Sequence record: SRR2962707_2659
Strand: one strand, 5' to 3'
Length of the DNA: 39,947 nt
Shown here piece after piece: positions 19,612-28,131 of the stretch. Below the pieces are notes generated by a model, which had not been told where the DNA came from, ran no database searches, and worked only from the letters and a program-made list of their open reading frames with translations. Positions within the stretch are counted from its first letter, which is position 1. Every line of letters starts with the position of its first letter. Position numbers and translations under genes: made by a program.

Positions 19612-21153
19612 ATGCCCAGCGCCGCTGAAAAACTTGCCGATAGCCTAGAGGCCCTTCACGGGCTGCAAAAGGGTGGCAAGGTGGCGATCCGCTCGGCGGA
19701 GCTGTCACGCACCCACCGGGAACGCCTGCTCAAGGCAGGCTTCCTCAAGCCCGTCATGAAGGGCTGGTACATCCCGGCCCGGCCGGATGAGACCACCGGC
19801 GAGAGCACTGCCTGGTACGCCTCCTTCTGGGCGTTCTGCGCCACCTATCTGGCCGAGCGGTTCGGCGAGGCGTGGGTGCTGTCGCCAGAAGAGTCTCTGC
19901 TGCTGCACACCGGCAATCGCACCGTGCCGCGCCAGCTCCTTGTTCGTGCCCCGAAGGGCAAGAACAACATCGTCGCCCTGCCTCATGACACGTCCCTGCT
20001 CGATGTGAAGGCTGACCTGCCCCCAGCCGCCCTGATTGAAAAGAAGGACGGCCTCAACCTCTACGCCCTGCCCGCCGCGCTTGTCGCCAGCGGGCCCGGT
20101 TTCTACACCGCCTCCGCCAATGAGGCGCGCGCTGCCTTGGGCACCATCCGCAACGCCTCGGAAGTGCTCAGCCTTCTCCTGGAAGGCGGGCACACGAAGG
20201 CGGCGGAGCGCCTCGCCGGGGGCTTTCGCAATATCGGCAAGGCCCGTATTGCCGACGACATCGTCAAGACCATGCAGGCGGCCGGATACAACGTCCGGGA
20301 GAGCGACCCCTTTGCAGGCCCGTCGCCGATAGTGCTGCGCGACCATGAGCGTTCGCCCCACGTCGCCCGCTTGCGGCTGATGTGGCAGACCATGCGCGGT
20401 GAAATTGCGGAGCATTTCCCGCCGCCGCCCGGCAGGCCCAATGATATTGCGGCCTACCTCAAGCGCGTGGACGAAACCTACGTCACCGACGCCTACCACT
20501 CGCTGTCTATTGAAGGCTATCAGGTCACGTTGGAGCTGATAGAGCGGGTGCGCGCGGGAAATTGGAACCCCAATAACAACGAAGAAGATCAAAATCACCG
20601 CAACGCGCTTGCCGCGCGCGGCTACTGGCAGGCTTTCCAAGCCGTCAAGTTAGCCGTCGAGCGGGTGCTTCATGGCGACAATCCCGGAGAAGTCGTCGAA
20701 GCCCGGCATGGTGATTGGTACCGCGAACTTTTCGCGCCAAGCATCACCGCCGGGCTGATCAAGCCCGCTGATCTGGCGGGCTATCGCAATGCGCCGGTCT
20801 ATATCCGCAAATCCATGCACGTGCCGCCCGCTCGCGAGGCCGTGTTGGATCTGATGGAGACTTTTTTTGAGCTTCTCAGCGAAGAGCCCGCCCCCGCCGC
20901 GCGGGTGGTCCTGGGCCACTTCGCGTTTGTGTACATCCACCCCTACATGGACGGAAACGGCCGCATGGCCCGTTTCCTCATGAACACCATGCTAGCGGCG
21001 GGCGGTTATTCGTGGACGGTCATCCCCGTCACCCGCCGCGACGACTACATGGCCGCGCTCGAAGCGGCCAGCGTCGGGCAGGACATTCGTCCGTTTGCTC
21101 GGTTCATTGGAGAGCTTGTTTCAACAGCAGAGAAAAACTTGAAGAAGATATGA
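19612..21153 (+). CDS. Fic-domain protein with long N-terminal extension, 513 aa
   Basis: HPYMDGNGRMAR Fic motif; SLSIEG autoinhibitory-type motif upstream. Confidence 0.93.
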   Translation: MPSAAEKLADSLEALHGLQKGGKVAIRSAELSRTHRERLLKAGFLKPVMKGWYIPARPDETTGESTAWYASFWAFCATYLAERFGEAWVLSPEESLLLHTGNRTVPRQLLVRAPKGKNNIVALPHDTSLLDVKADLPPAALIEKKDGLNLYALPAALVASGPGFYTASANEARAALGTIRNASEVLSLLLEGGHTKAAERLAGGFRNIGKARIADDIVKTMQAAGYNVRESDPFAGPSPIVLRDHERSPHVARLRLMWQTMRGEIAEHFPPPPGRPNDIAAYLKRVDETYVTDAYHSLSIEGYQVTLELIERVRAGNWNPNNNEEDQNHRNALAARGYWQAFQAVKLAVERVLHGDNPGEVVEARHGDWYRELFAPSITAGLIKPADLAGYRNAPVYIRKSMHVPPAREAVLDLMETFFELLSEEPAPAARVVLGHFAFVYIHPYMDGNGRMARFLMNTMLAAGGYSWTVIPVTRRDDYMAALEAASVGQDIRPFARFIGELVSTAEKNLKKI

Positions 21154-21713
21154 ATTACCCGCTTGTGATCGCGCTTGGAGGATATAGCGAGTCCGGAAAA
21201 TCTTCTTCCGGGCGCTATTTTTCGACGCGTGGCTTTGCCCGCGTCAAAATCGCGACTCTCTACAAGAAGATTTATGAGCAAGTTGATACCGATCTGAGCT
21301 TTGTTGACTGGTCAAGCTGGATAGACGCCAACGATCCTAAGTGGATTGGTCGTAGGTTTGCTGAAGAACTTTGCGCTGAGTTGAGGGGCTTATCGAAAGA
21401 TTGCTGCACCATAGAAAGCCTATATGGGGATGTACTCGCTCGGGAACTCAAAGTGATATTCGGCGAGCGCTTCAAAGTGGTTTTTATCGATCTGGATTTC
21501 GATACTCGGCTCGCACGTCAAATGGAGCGCGAAGGCTTTTCTAGCATCGAAGATGCTCGCAGCTTCATCACGCCCCGAGACGAAATGAAACGTCGCTGGG
21601 GAGCCGACAAAGTGCGCGAACTTGCTGATGTAGTCGTCCGTAATGATGGAACCCTGGCCCAACTGCACGAGCGGCTGGAGGGCATTATTTCAGCCGAGCA
21701 TTCCAAGCGCTAA
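21150..21713 (+). CDS. P-loop nucleotide kinase (dephospho-CoA/NMP kinase-like), 187 aa
   Basis: GYSESGKS Walker A; R..R lid; RD.....G....AD.V.NDGTL tail; ATGA overlap with fic. Confidence 0.8.
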   Translation: MNYPLVIALGGYSESGKSSSGRYFSTRGFARVKIATLYKKIYEQVDTDLSFVDWSSWIDANDPKWIGRRFAEELCAELRGLSKDCCTIESLYGDVLARELKVIFGERFKVVFIDLDFDTRLARQMEREGFSSIEDARSFITPRDEMKRRWGADKVRELADVVVRNDGTLAQLHERLEGIISAEHSKR

Positions 21714-21843
21714 GACGGGCGTCTGGCGCAGCAAACGCACCCAACGATGATGATACCGTCGTCATCATGATGATGATCGTCGTGATCAACTCATTTGCGA
21801 TAGCAAAGGAAAGGCGACTTCAGATAGAAGCCGCCTCGATCCG

Positions 21844-22044
21844 CTAGGCATTTTCACGAAGCACCACGGCGCGTAGATCATGCTGCTCGCCTTCGCACGG
21901 GCCGTTGTTTGGCAGTTTGCCACTGGCAAACATCTCCACTGCGGCAGCTTCGGCGCTTTGAGCGTCCAGCGCTTTGATGCGGTACTGGTAGACCACCAGT
22001 TCCTCCACGGCGAAGGTGAACGTCTGTTCGTTCTGATTATCCAT
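21844..22044 (-). CDS. Small hypothetical protein, 66 aa
   Basis: AAGGA RBS; follows DUF736 on same strand. Confidence 0.6.
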   Translation of the reverse strand: MDNQNEQTFTFAVEELVVYQYRIKALDAQSAEAAAVEMFASGKLPNNGPCEGEQHDLRAVVLRENA

Positions 22045-22078
22045 GACAGAAGTCCTTTCTTTCTGTTGAGGGACAACC

Positions 22079-22105
22079 GCCGCCCGGCGGTGAACCGGGC
22101 GGCGT
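22079..22105. terminator. GC-rich hairpin after DUF736 gene
   Basis: CGCCGCCCGG-CGGTGAA-CCGGGCGGCG; no clear U tract. Confidence 0.45.
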
Positions 22106-22115
22106 GTCGCGAGGG

Positions 22116-22409
22116 TTAGCGTTTCCAGGTGAGGACGAACTTGTCGTCTTCGCCTTCGAAGAGGCTGGCGTAGATCGGGCCTGTGAAGCTCGGGTCATCC
22201 AGCTTGAGGCTGATGAAGGGCTTGTCCTTCTTCGAGGTGCGGTTCCACGCCGCGCCCAGTTCCGCGTCCCCAGCCATGATCCGAAAATCCGGCGCACCTG
22301 CCTTGTCGCTGTTGATGGGAACCAGCGTGACCTCGGCCTTGATTGTCAGCGTCTTGATTTCGCCGGTGTAGCCGTTGTCGGTTTTTGTGAATGTTCCGAT
22401 GATCGTCAT
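22116..22409 (-). CDS. DUF736 family protein, 97 aa
   Basis: IIGTF..Y.GEI.TL, APDFRI, ELGAAW, SLKLDDPSF..PIYASL; AGGAG RBS. Confidence 0.9.
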   Translation of the reverse strand: MTIIGTFTKTDNGYTGEIKTLTIKAEVTLVPINSDKAGAPDFRIMAGDAELGAAWNRTSKKDKPFISLKLDDPSFTGPIYASLFEGEDDKFVLTWKR

Positions 22410-22439
22410 GTTTCAATTCTCCTTTGTCTGTTTCCGGGG

Positions 22440-22681
22440 CCGCCCCATGCGGCCTTTCCGATGGCCGACCGAGAGCACGCGGACCTGTGCGGTGGAGACA
22501 CCCGAAGGGCGAAGCGCAGCGGCAGACCGGCAGCCGCCTGCTTTTTGGAGCGCAGCGATCGCGAGGAAAGCGCCGCGCCGCCAAAGGCGGGGCAAGCTGG
22601 GGAAAAAGCTGGCGGATGCCGGTTGGCTCCACCGCCGCCGCGTGCAGGGATGCCATGAAAAGGAAAGGCCGCATGGAGCGG
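22440..22681. promoter_or_regulatory. Structured leader upstream of DUF736 (candidate ssDNA promoter / ssi)
   Basis: 20-bp outer inverted repeat 22440-22459 / 22662-22681 (19/20) enclosing inner hairpins. Confidence 0.55.
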
Positions 22682-22901
22682 ACCTGTCAGCCAAAGGACG
22701 AAACAGGTGCGGCCACTCGGGTCATGAATCTGACGACGGCGGAACCCGGCTCCGGCTCAAACGCTAGTACGGGCAATCGAGAGAGAGGTTTTCAATGCTA
22801 TCTTCCAGATACGACGCTGCGCGCCAATCCAAGAGGCTGAATTTTCATTGCTGAAAAAAGGAACCCCTCGCGTTGAGATCGAGGAGGTCAATTCACCCTA
22901 T

Positions 22902-23792
22902 CTACATGGGCCGCCATACATATGTTCTGATTTGCTTCTCTTCAGCTTCGAAGCCGAGATTCTTGTGGATCGATATGGAAGGTACGTTCTCTATGTCGAT
23001 GATAGACGCTGACACTCGAAAGCCACGCTCTCTCTGCGCTGAAACTTGGTCATGCAAAGTAGCCGAGCCTATGCCCAAGCAACGCATCGACGTGCTAACG
23101 CCAATATATGTGTTCCAAGCAACTGAATGCTCCGAGTCAAAGCTCTCGCCAACACACGCGATCATCTCTTCTTTATCGTAGTAACAAGAAAAATTTTCCG
23201 ACACGCAATCAAAAATACCCATCGACAACTCAAGCCGGTCCTTTCTATCAGCTGTTTCCTGTATCAGCCTCGATAGGCAATCCGGGGACACATATGACTC
23301 AGAGCGCTTATCGAACTTCTGAAGCAGAAAATCACTCTCTGTTTCCGGAATACTCTTCTCTTGCAGATTCAAGTTGTATTGCCTTCTTGTCGCTAAAAGC
23401 TCGAATCCTGCCTGGCAAAGGCTTTCGATCCAAAGAGAACGCTCAGAGAAGTCCGTACCCTTCATGCTGCATTCGATCAGCTTTCTGTGTTCTAACTGCA
23501 CAAGCCGCTTCACATAACTCAAAACACTCGCGTAAACAGAAATTTGCGAAGCGTCACTACAGTTTGAAGCAATGGTGGGCCACCATATTGTTATTGATTG
23601 ACTATCGAGCTCGATTGAAAAACGCGCAACGACCCCCCCTGCATCCTTGACAACCACTCGGCGAATGCTCGAATCTTGCAAAATGGATTCAAGCACTTCC
23701 GCCTTGGCTTGCTCAGGCCGATCAAAGCCTATCGCTAGCCAAGCCTGATAGTTTTGGGGCGTAATCTCGACGAAGCTGTATTCCAATAACAA
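22902..23792 (-). CDS. GNAT acetyltransferase (probably tandem GNAT), about 296 aa
   Basis: YIGVSTSMRCLGIGS (motif A), N.PS..IHKNLGF (motif B); second ..AGF motif mid-protein; TTG start. Confidence 0.85.
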   Translation of the reverse strand: MLLEYSFVEITPQNYQAWLAIGFDRPEQAKAEVLESILQDSSIRRVVVKDAGGVVARFSIELDSQSITIWWPTIASNCSDASQISVYASVLSYVKRLVQLEHRKLIECSMKGTDFSERSLWIESLCQAGFELLATRRQYNLNLQEKSIPETESDFLLQKFDKRSESYVSPDCLSRLIQETADRKDRLELSMGIFDCVSENFSCYYDKEEMIACVGESFDSEHSVAWNTYIGVSTSMRCLGIGSATLHDQVSAQRERGFRVSASIIDIENVPSISIHKNLGFEAEEKQIRTYVWRPM

Positions 23793-23801
23793 TCTCCAAA
23801 A

Positions 23802-24680
23802 ATGAAATCATACAAGTTAAATCCATCCGTCCGAATAGACGCAGATCAACTCCCCACACTGTCATTCAATTGCGGGGGCGCCACCTCTTACCTAAATTTG
23901 GACAGCACTAAACAAATTAACATTTTGTACGATATGGCGTCTACGGATTATTTTTCCGTCGATGAAAACGGTTATTGCCCGGAACTCAATAGAACTATCG
24001 AAAAAAGTGTCGTAGAAGATTTGCTCAGTAGCGGACTTCTCGCAGAAAAAGGTTCGGCGCATCCAATTAAATTCGATGAGAAAAGTGAAGTCGCCTGGCA
24101 ACTCTTCGAACAGAAGAAGCTTCTCAATTATGACTTAGCGCGCACGGCTGTCGATCTCCCTCAAATCGGAGAGCATGTTTTTGTTTATGACAATTTCTTT
24201 TTGCGCGAGGTGCGCCAGAAAATACTCTCGTGGGTGACGCAACTCCCATTTCGACGAATAGATGTGGACCGAGAAGACACAACAGAATACGCACATTATA
24301 TACATGTGCTAAGCCCAGCGTCGCTCTTGGTTCAATCACTGCCGTTCACGCGAGCAATCCATCAATTTCTCTGTGCTAATTTTGGCGTGGCAGAAGCACA
24401 TCTTGCACGGGCGCATGTATATGCAGGCAGCATGGCTGACGCCTACTTCGAACACACCGACGGCGAGTCTCTCACCTCAGTATATTACCCCGGAGATTGG
24501 ATGGAAGATTGGGGAGGAGAGCTACTATTGAAGGCCGGGAACGAACACTTTCATGCCTTCTCACCAACAAGAGGACGCCTACTTGTGTTCCCGGGCCATA
24601 TCCCCCATCGAATTGGGGCGATTAGCGTCAATGCAAAACGCCCACGTTTTAGCATTGTGCTTCGTTATGCGCTTCACTGA
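23802..24680 (+). CDS. 2OG-Fe(II) oxygenase (prolyl-hydroxylase-like) with N-terminal extension, 292 aa
   Basis: HTD, W..DWGGEL, GRLLVFPG.IPH, RFS. Confidence 0.88.
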   Translation: MKSYKLNPSVRIDADQLPTLSFNCGGATSYLNLDSTKQINILYDMASTDYFSVDENGYCPELNRTIEKSVVEDLLSSGLLAEKGSAHPIKFDEKSEVAWQLFEQKKLLNYDLARTAVDLPQIGEHVFVYDNFFLREVRQKILSWVTQLPFRRIDVDREDTTEYAHYIHVLSPASLLVQSLPFTRAIHQFLCANFGVAEAHLARAHVYAGSMADAYFEHTDGESLTSVYYPGDWMEDWGGELLLKAGNEHFHAFSPTRGRLLVFPGHIPHRIGAISVNAKRPRFSIVLRYALH

Positions 24681-25552
24681 AGTATTCTTTCAATCTCTTC
24701 AGTAACAACGTCCATCGCATCATCAGACAATCTCTTGTCTGCCAATATTCTATCTACAATGTGCCTTGCTTGCTCTCGTCGTGTGGTTACGGGTGACGCA
24801 GGAACAATGTCCGGCACGAGATCAAAGGCATCTAGAGGGAGCTCAAAGGGTATTTCGGAAGGAGAAATCAACTCCATCAGAGAGATGAAGTGATAGTAAG
24901 AAATTCCCTTCCAACCGAAAGCAAGCGAAAGCGATTCCTCCAGAGTCTCCCCTTCGTGCGGGAAAAATGGTGGAATATAGAGAACGTCTCCCGCCGACAA
25001 CTCACAGTCTATCAGCGGCTCTGCCTTCGGCTTCGTAAATGAATAAATATCATTTGGGCGGCTTTCAATAATTCGGCGTCTTTGCTCCGAAGGAACAAAA
25101 GCGGCATCCCAAACACGCCACCGTCGCTTGCCGGCGGCTTGCACAATAAAGGCATCCTCATGCCCAGCATGGTATCCAATGCCGGAACCCACCGTCGAGT
25201 ATGTCGCGACGATGTCGTCCACTCGCCATGAAAACGGCACCTGCAGCCCGTCTCTGAGTACCGCTAACTCCGGGCATACCCTCTCTAGCGCGTTCAGAAG
25301 AACAGTATATTTCCCTCCCGTCCGAACTAATCGGTCAAAGACCAGAACAACATCAACACCCTCAATGAGCCGCGCTGTAGGCATGTCAGTAATCTCGCTG
25401 CATCTGCCATGTTGCGCAAACACTCGCATGTAAGGCGACAGCGTCACCCACTCTCGATAGAGATTAAGGGGAAACAGAAAACTGGGCGCGCAATCAATGC
25501 CACCCCGAATTAAATGGGGCACCTTTCGCCAGTACCGAGCGTCATAGACCAC
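24674..25552 (-). CDS. JmjC/cupin_4 oxygenase, YcfD(RoxA)-like, with HxG instead of HxD, 292 aa
   Basis: YWRK.P.LIRG, WRVDD, GIGYHAGHEDAFIVQAAGKRRW, L.AGDVLYIPPFFPHEG. Confidence 0.88.
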   Translation of the reverse strand: MVYDARYWRKVPHLIRGGIDCAPSFLFPLNLYREWVTLSPYMRVFAQHGRCSEITDMPTARLIEGVDVVLVFDRLVRTGGKYTVLLNALERVCPELAVLRDGLQVPFSWRVDDIVATYSTVGSGIGYHAGHEDAFIVQAAGKRRWRVWDAAFVPSEQRRRIIESRPNDIYSFTKPKAEPLIDCELSAGDVLYIPPFFPHEGETLEESLSLAFGWKGISYYHFISLMELISPSEIPFELPLDAFDLVPDIVPASPVTTRREQARHIVDRILADKRLSDDAMDVVTEEIERILQ

Positions 25553-25635
25553 ACCACGCTCTCCCTCACGGATTCACTTTAAGCCCTAGTGCAATCAACA
25601 CTGAGCGTTTCGTAGGCTCATGACCTAGATACTTA

Positions 25636-25923
25636 CTAGGATGAACCAAGCTTCTTCAAAGCTGCAGCAAGTCGAGTGTGATCAGCACGAGCCTCCAACA
25701 ATTTGGCTACATCACGTGCAGTAATTTTCGGATCATCTCTCCAAGTCTTTGAGAGAGCATACATATCGAGCACATTGAACAGATCGGGATCAGCGTCCTC
25801 CAACCGACGCATATCGATTTTTCCAGACGTATCCAGCGCTCTATCAAGCCTGCCTTCTATTTCAGCCGATTTTGCATTGATTCTCGCTTCAACCTGAGCA
25901 GCATAGTCATCAGAGTTCGCCAT
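25636..25923 (-). CDS. Small helical protein of unknown function, 95 aa
   Basis: Strong GGGAGGA RBS before ATG 25923; co-oriented upstream of JmjC gene. Confidence 0.75.
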   Translation of the reverse strand: MANSDDYAAQVEARINAKSAEIEGRLDRALDTSGKIDMRRLEDADPDLFNVLDMYALSKTWRDDPKITARDVAKLLEARADHTRLAAALKKLGSS

Positions 25924-25986
25924 GATGTCCTCCCGATGCATAAAAGTCGCGCGCAATAGGATATTCTCAACACCGTTGATTTCAAG

Positions 25987-26592
25987 ATGAAACAAATGGA
26001 TTGGCTGAAATGTGTTGACGACTTTCTACCGAGAGAAGTCATTTCGGAAGCGTACGGAATATTCTCAAATGCAATGCTTCCTCCGGGTACCACATACATC
26101 CGACCAGAAAACCTCAACAGCCCTGCTAGCTATTCGAATTGCAAAAGCACAATCGCCTTATTCTTTTTAGAGTTCGCCGCTAGAGCATTGGAGGCCGCCC
26201 AATTAGATAGCTGGACCCAATTTGAAGTTTGGACAAATCGCTCCACTCATTGCTCTGACCATGTTGACTACCACTTAGACAACAACGAAGAACTTCGTCG
26301 TCAGACGCAAAAAATTGAAACGCCGAAGTGTGGTTTCATTCTCTACCTTGGCCCAGATAGTAGCGGAATAGGTGGCACCTACTTCAATCCGCCTATTGTC
26401 AGCCCCGAGGCTGACAAGAACCTCTTTCGTCATCCTCGAATGGAAGATGTGACAACAACGTCCGGCATCTACATACCATTCAATGTCGGCAGATTAGTCG
26501 TATTTGACGGCCGCGCCCCGCATTGCGTTGTCCCATTTTCTCATAGTCCAAAGGGGACAAGGGTCGCCTTACTTGGGAACGCTTGGGCATAG
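25987..26592 (+). CDS. 2OG-Fe(II) oxygenase, 201 aa
   Basis: VDDFLP, EVW.N, YHLD, ILYL..GGT.F, GRLVVFDG..PH.V, R.ALLGNAW. Confidence 0.85.
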   Translation: MKQMDWLKCVDDFLPREVISEAYGIFSNAMLPPGTTYIRPENLNSPASYSNCKSTIALFFLEFAARALEAAQLDSWTQFEVWTNRSTHCSDHVDYHLDNNEELRRQTQKIETPKCGFILYLGPDSSGIGGTYFNPPIVSPEADKNLFRHPRMEDVTTTSGIYIPFNVGRLVVFDGRAPHCVVPFSHSPKGTRVALLGNAWA

Positions 26593-26871
26593 ACGCACCG
26601 CCAGCCGCCCGCAAAGGGCGTAAAGCGCGGCGGCACAACACGGGAGCGAAGCGAACGGAGCGGGCCGTGCCGCCCGGCGACCTTTGGCCGCCGTCGGCCT
26701 CCGGCATAAGCTGAACCCGGGAGGCCAACGCGCCGCAAAGCAGGCGCACCAAAACAAAAAGCCGGTCACTCGTGACCGACTATCACCGGGGCGTTGCGGG
26801 GTGCCCCCGCTCGAAGGGGTGACGGAAAACGCTGCAAGCGGTTGCAGGCAGGGGAAGGCCTTCCCCACAAA

Positions 26872-28131
26872 TCAGAAATTAAACGGGGCCTGATTCAGCA
26901 ACGGCCTAGTGCGCACGAATACATTACAATGCCGAATGGCCCGCGTGACCCCATTGTAGAGCAAACGCGCCTTTTGCTCGTCACTCCCCCTAACTCCCGG
27001 TGGCCACAGCAACACAACATGATCGAATTGACGGTTCTTGGCCTGATGAATGGACATCACGGGAATGCCGTGGGTTTGCTGGTATCCATAGGCCCTGTGG
27101 TGTGCCGCCTTGCGCTCTACCAATTCGCTCAACTCAGCAACGCTCCAAGAAGCTCGACCTTGTGCTTGAACCGCTTTGACAATCGCATTTTGTACGCTCG
27201 AAACCCACGGTGGAGGGTCAACGATTGCCGCCAGTCTATCCAAAGCCACACTGGTATCTAATGCTCCCATCCCGTCGAACGCGGCAAGAACTGCCTGCTT
27301 CTCTTCATTGTTCCGATCCTCGTGGATGAGTTTCAGAGGAGCGATGATTCCGTAACCCTTCGACTGCATACCCTGAGCTGCGCGTGCAATGATCTCATCT
27401 GCCCAACTGCGCCCCGAAGGGCCATAGATTAGAGCCCTAGTTCCTGCTACGCGCGACAGAGACGACACCACGGCAAACGGCATGACATTCTTGAATTTGT
27501 GCTCAATCCTGAGACCGTCACCAGATTGCGGCGATTGAAGATTCCGAAGCGCAACCCCTGCTTCAAGAAGACCTTGCTTCCCCGTCCGCCGAACAACGTT
27601 CAGAGTATCCACCCTACCCGTCGCGAACCATTCCAAAAATGGTGCCGTATCAAGTCCCTCATCCAGACATTGAAATTCGTCAGCCGCTACGAAAAGTGCG
27701 ACGTACGGCGCAAGAGCCTTGAGAATTCGCAATCGCTCAGGTTTCAACTCCTGAGCTTCGTCGACGACAATCACCGGAAAGGTACGCGCTACCCATTCGG
27801 CAATGACGGGGACTTCGAGCAGTTGACCGCAAATATCACAGGTCTGGTCGAAGCCGTCCGCCTGAAGACCGTTTGCAGCCGCGAATGAGCACCATCTTTG
27901 AAGGACCGACTGCGCGAAGCTGTCGATCGTCAGGCAGACGGCCTTCCCCCTCATAGCAGCAATATCGCGGAAACGACCGTCGAGCCGCTTTCGTGACCCG
28001 TGCATAAAGGTGAGTGCCAGCACACGCTGGTGCGGTTGCAGCGGACGCTGCACCAGATACTGCCCGACCTCTTCAATAAGTCGGTGCGTCTTGCCGGTGC
28101 CCGCCGGGCCTTCAAATCCTCGGAACGGCAT
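26872..28131 (-). CDS. UvrD-like SF1 helicase (Gabija GajB-like), 419 aa
   Basis: GPAGTGKT, LTF, TIDSF, DEAQE, D.FQ, SIHQAKNRQFD, YNGVTRA; overlaps OLD gene by 20 nt. Confidence 0.88.
   Translation of the reverse strand: MPFRGFEGPAGTGKTHRLIEEVGQYLVQRPLQPHQRVLALTFMHGSRKRLDGRFRDIAAMRGKAVCLTIDSFAQSVLQRWCSFAAANGLQADGFDQTCDICGQLLEVPVIAEWVARTFPVIVVDEAQELKPERLRILKALAPYVALFVAADEFQCLDEGLDTAPFLEWFATGRVDTLNVVRRTGKQGLLEAGVALRNLQSPQSGDGLRIEHKFKNVMPFAVVSSLSRVAGTRALIYGPSGRSWADEIIARAAQGMQSKGYGIIAPLKLIHEDRNNEEKQAVLAAFDGMGALDTSVALDRLAAIVDPPPWVSSVQNAIVKAVQAQGRASWSVAELSELVERKAAHHRAYGYQQTHGIPVMSIHQAKNRQFDHVVLLWPPGVRGSDEQKARLLYNGVTRAIRHCNVFVRTRPLLNQAPFNF

Noticed and set aside
21012-21149. Longer kinase ORF start
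   Set aside because: It lies inside fic; the Walker A position fits ATG 21150
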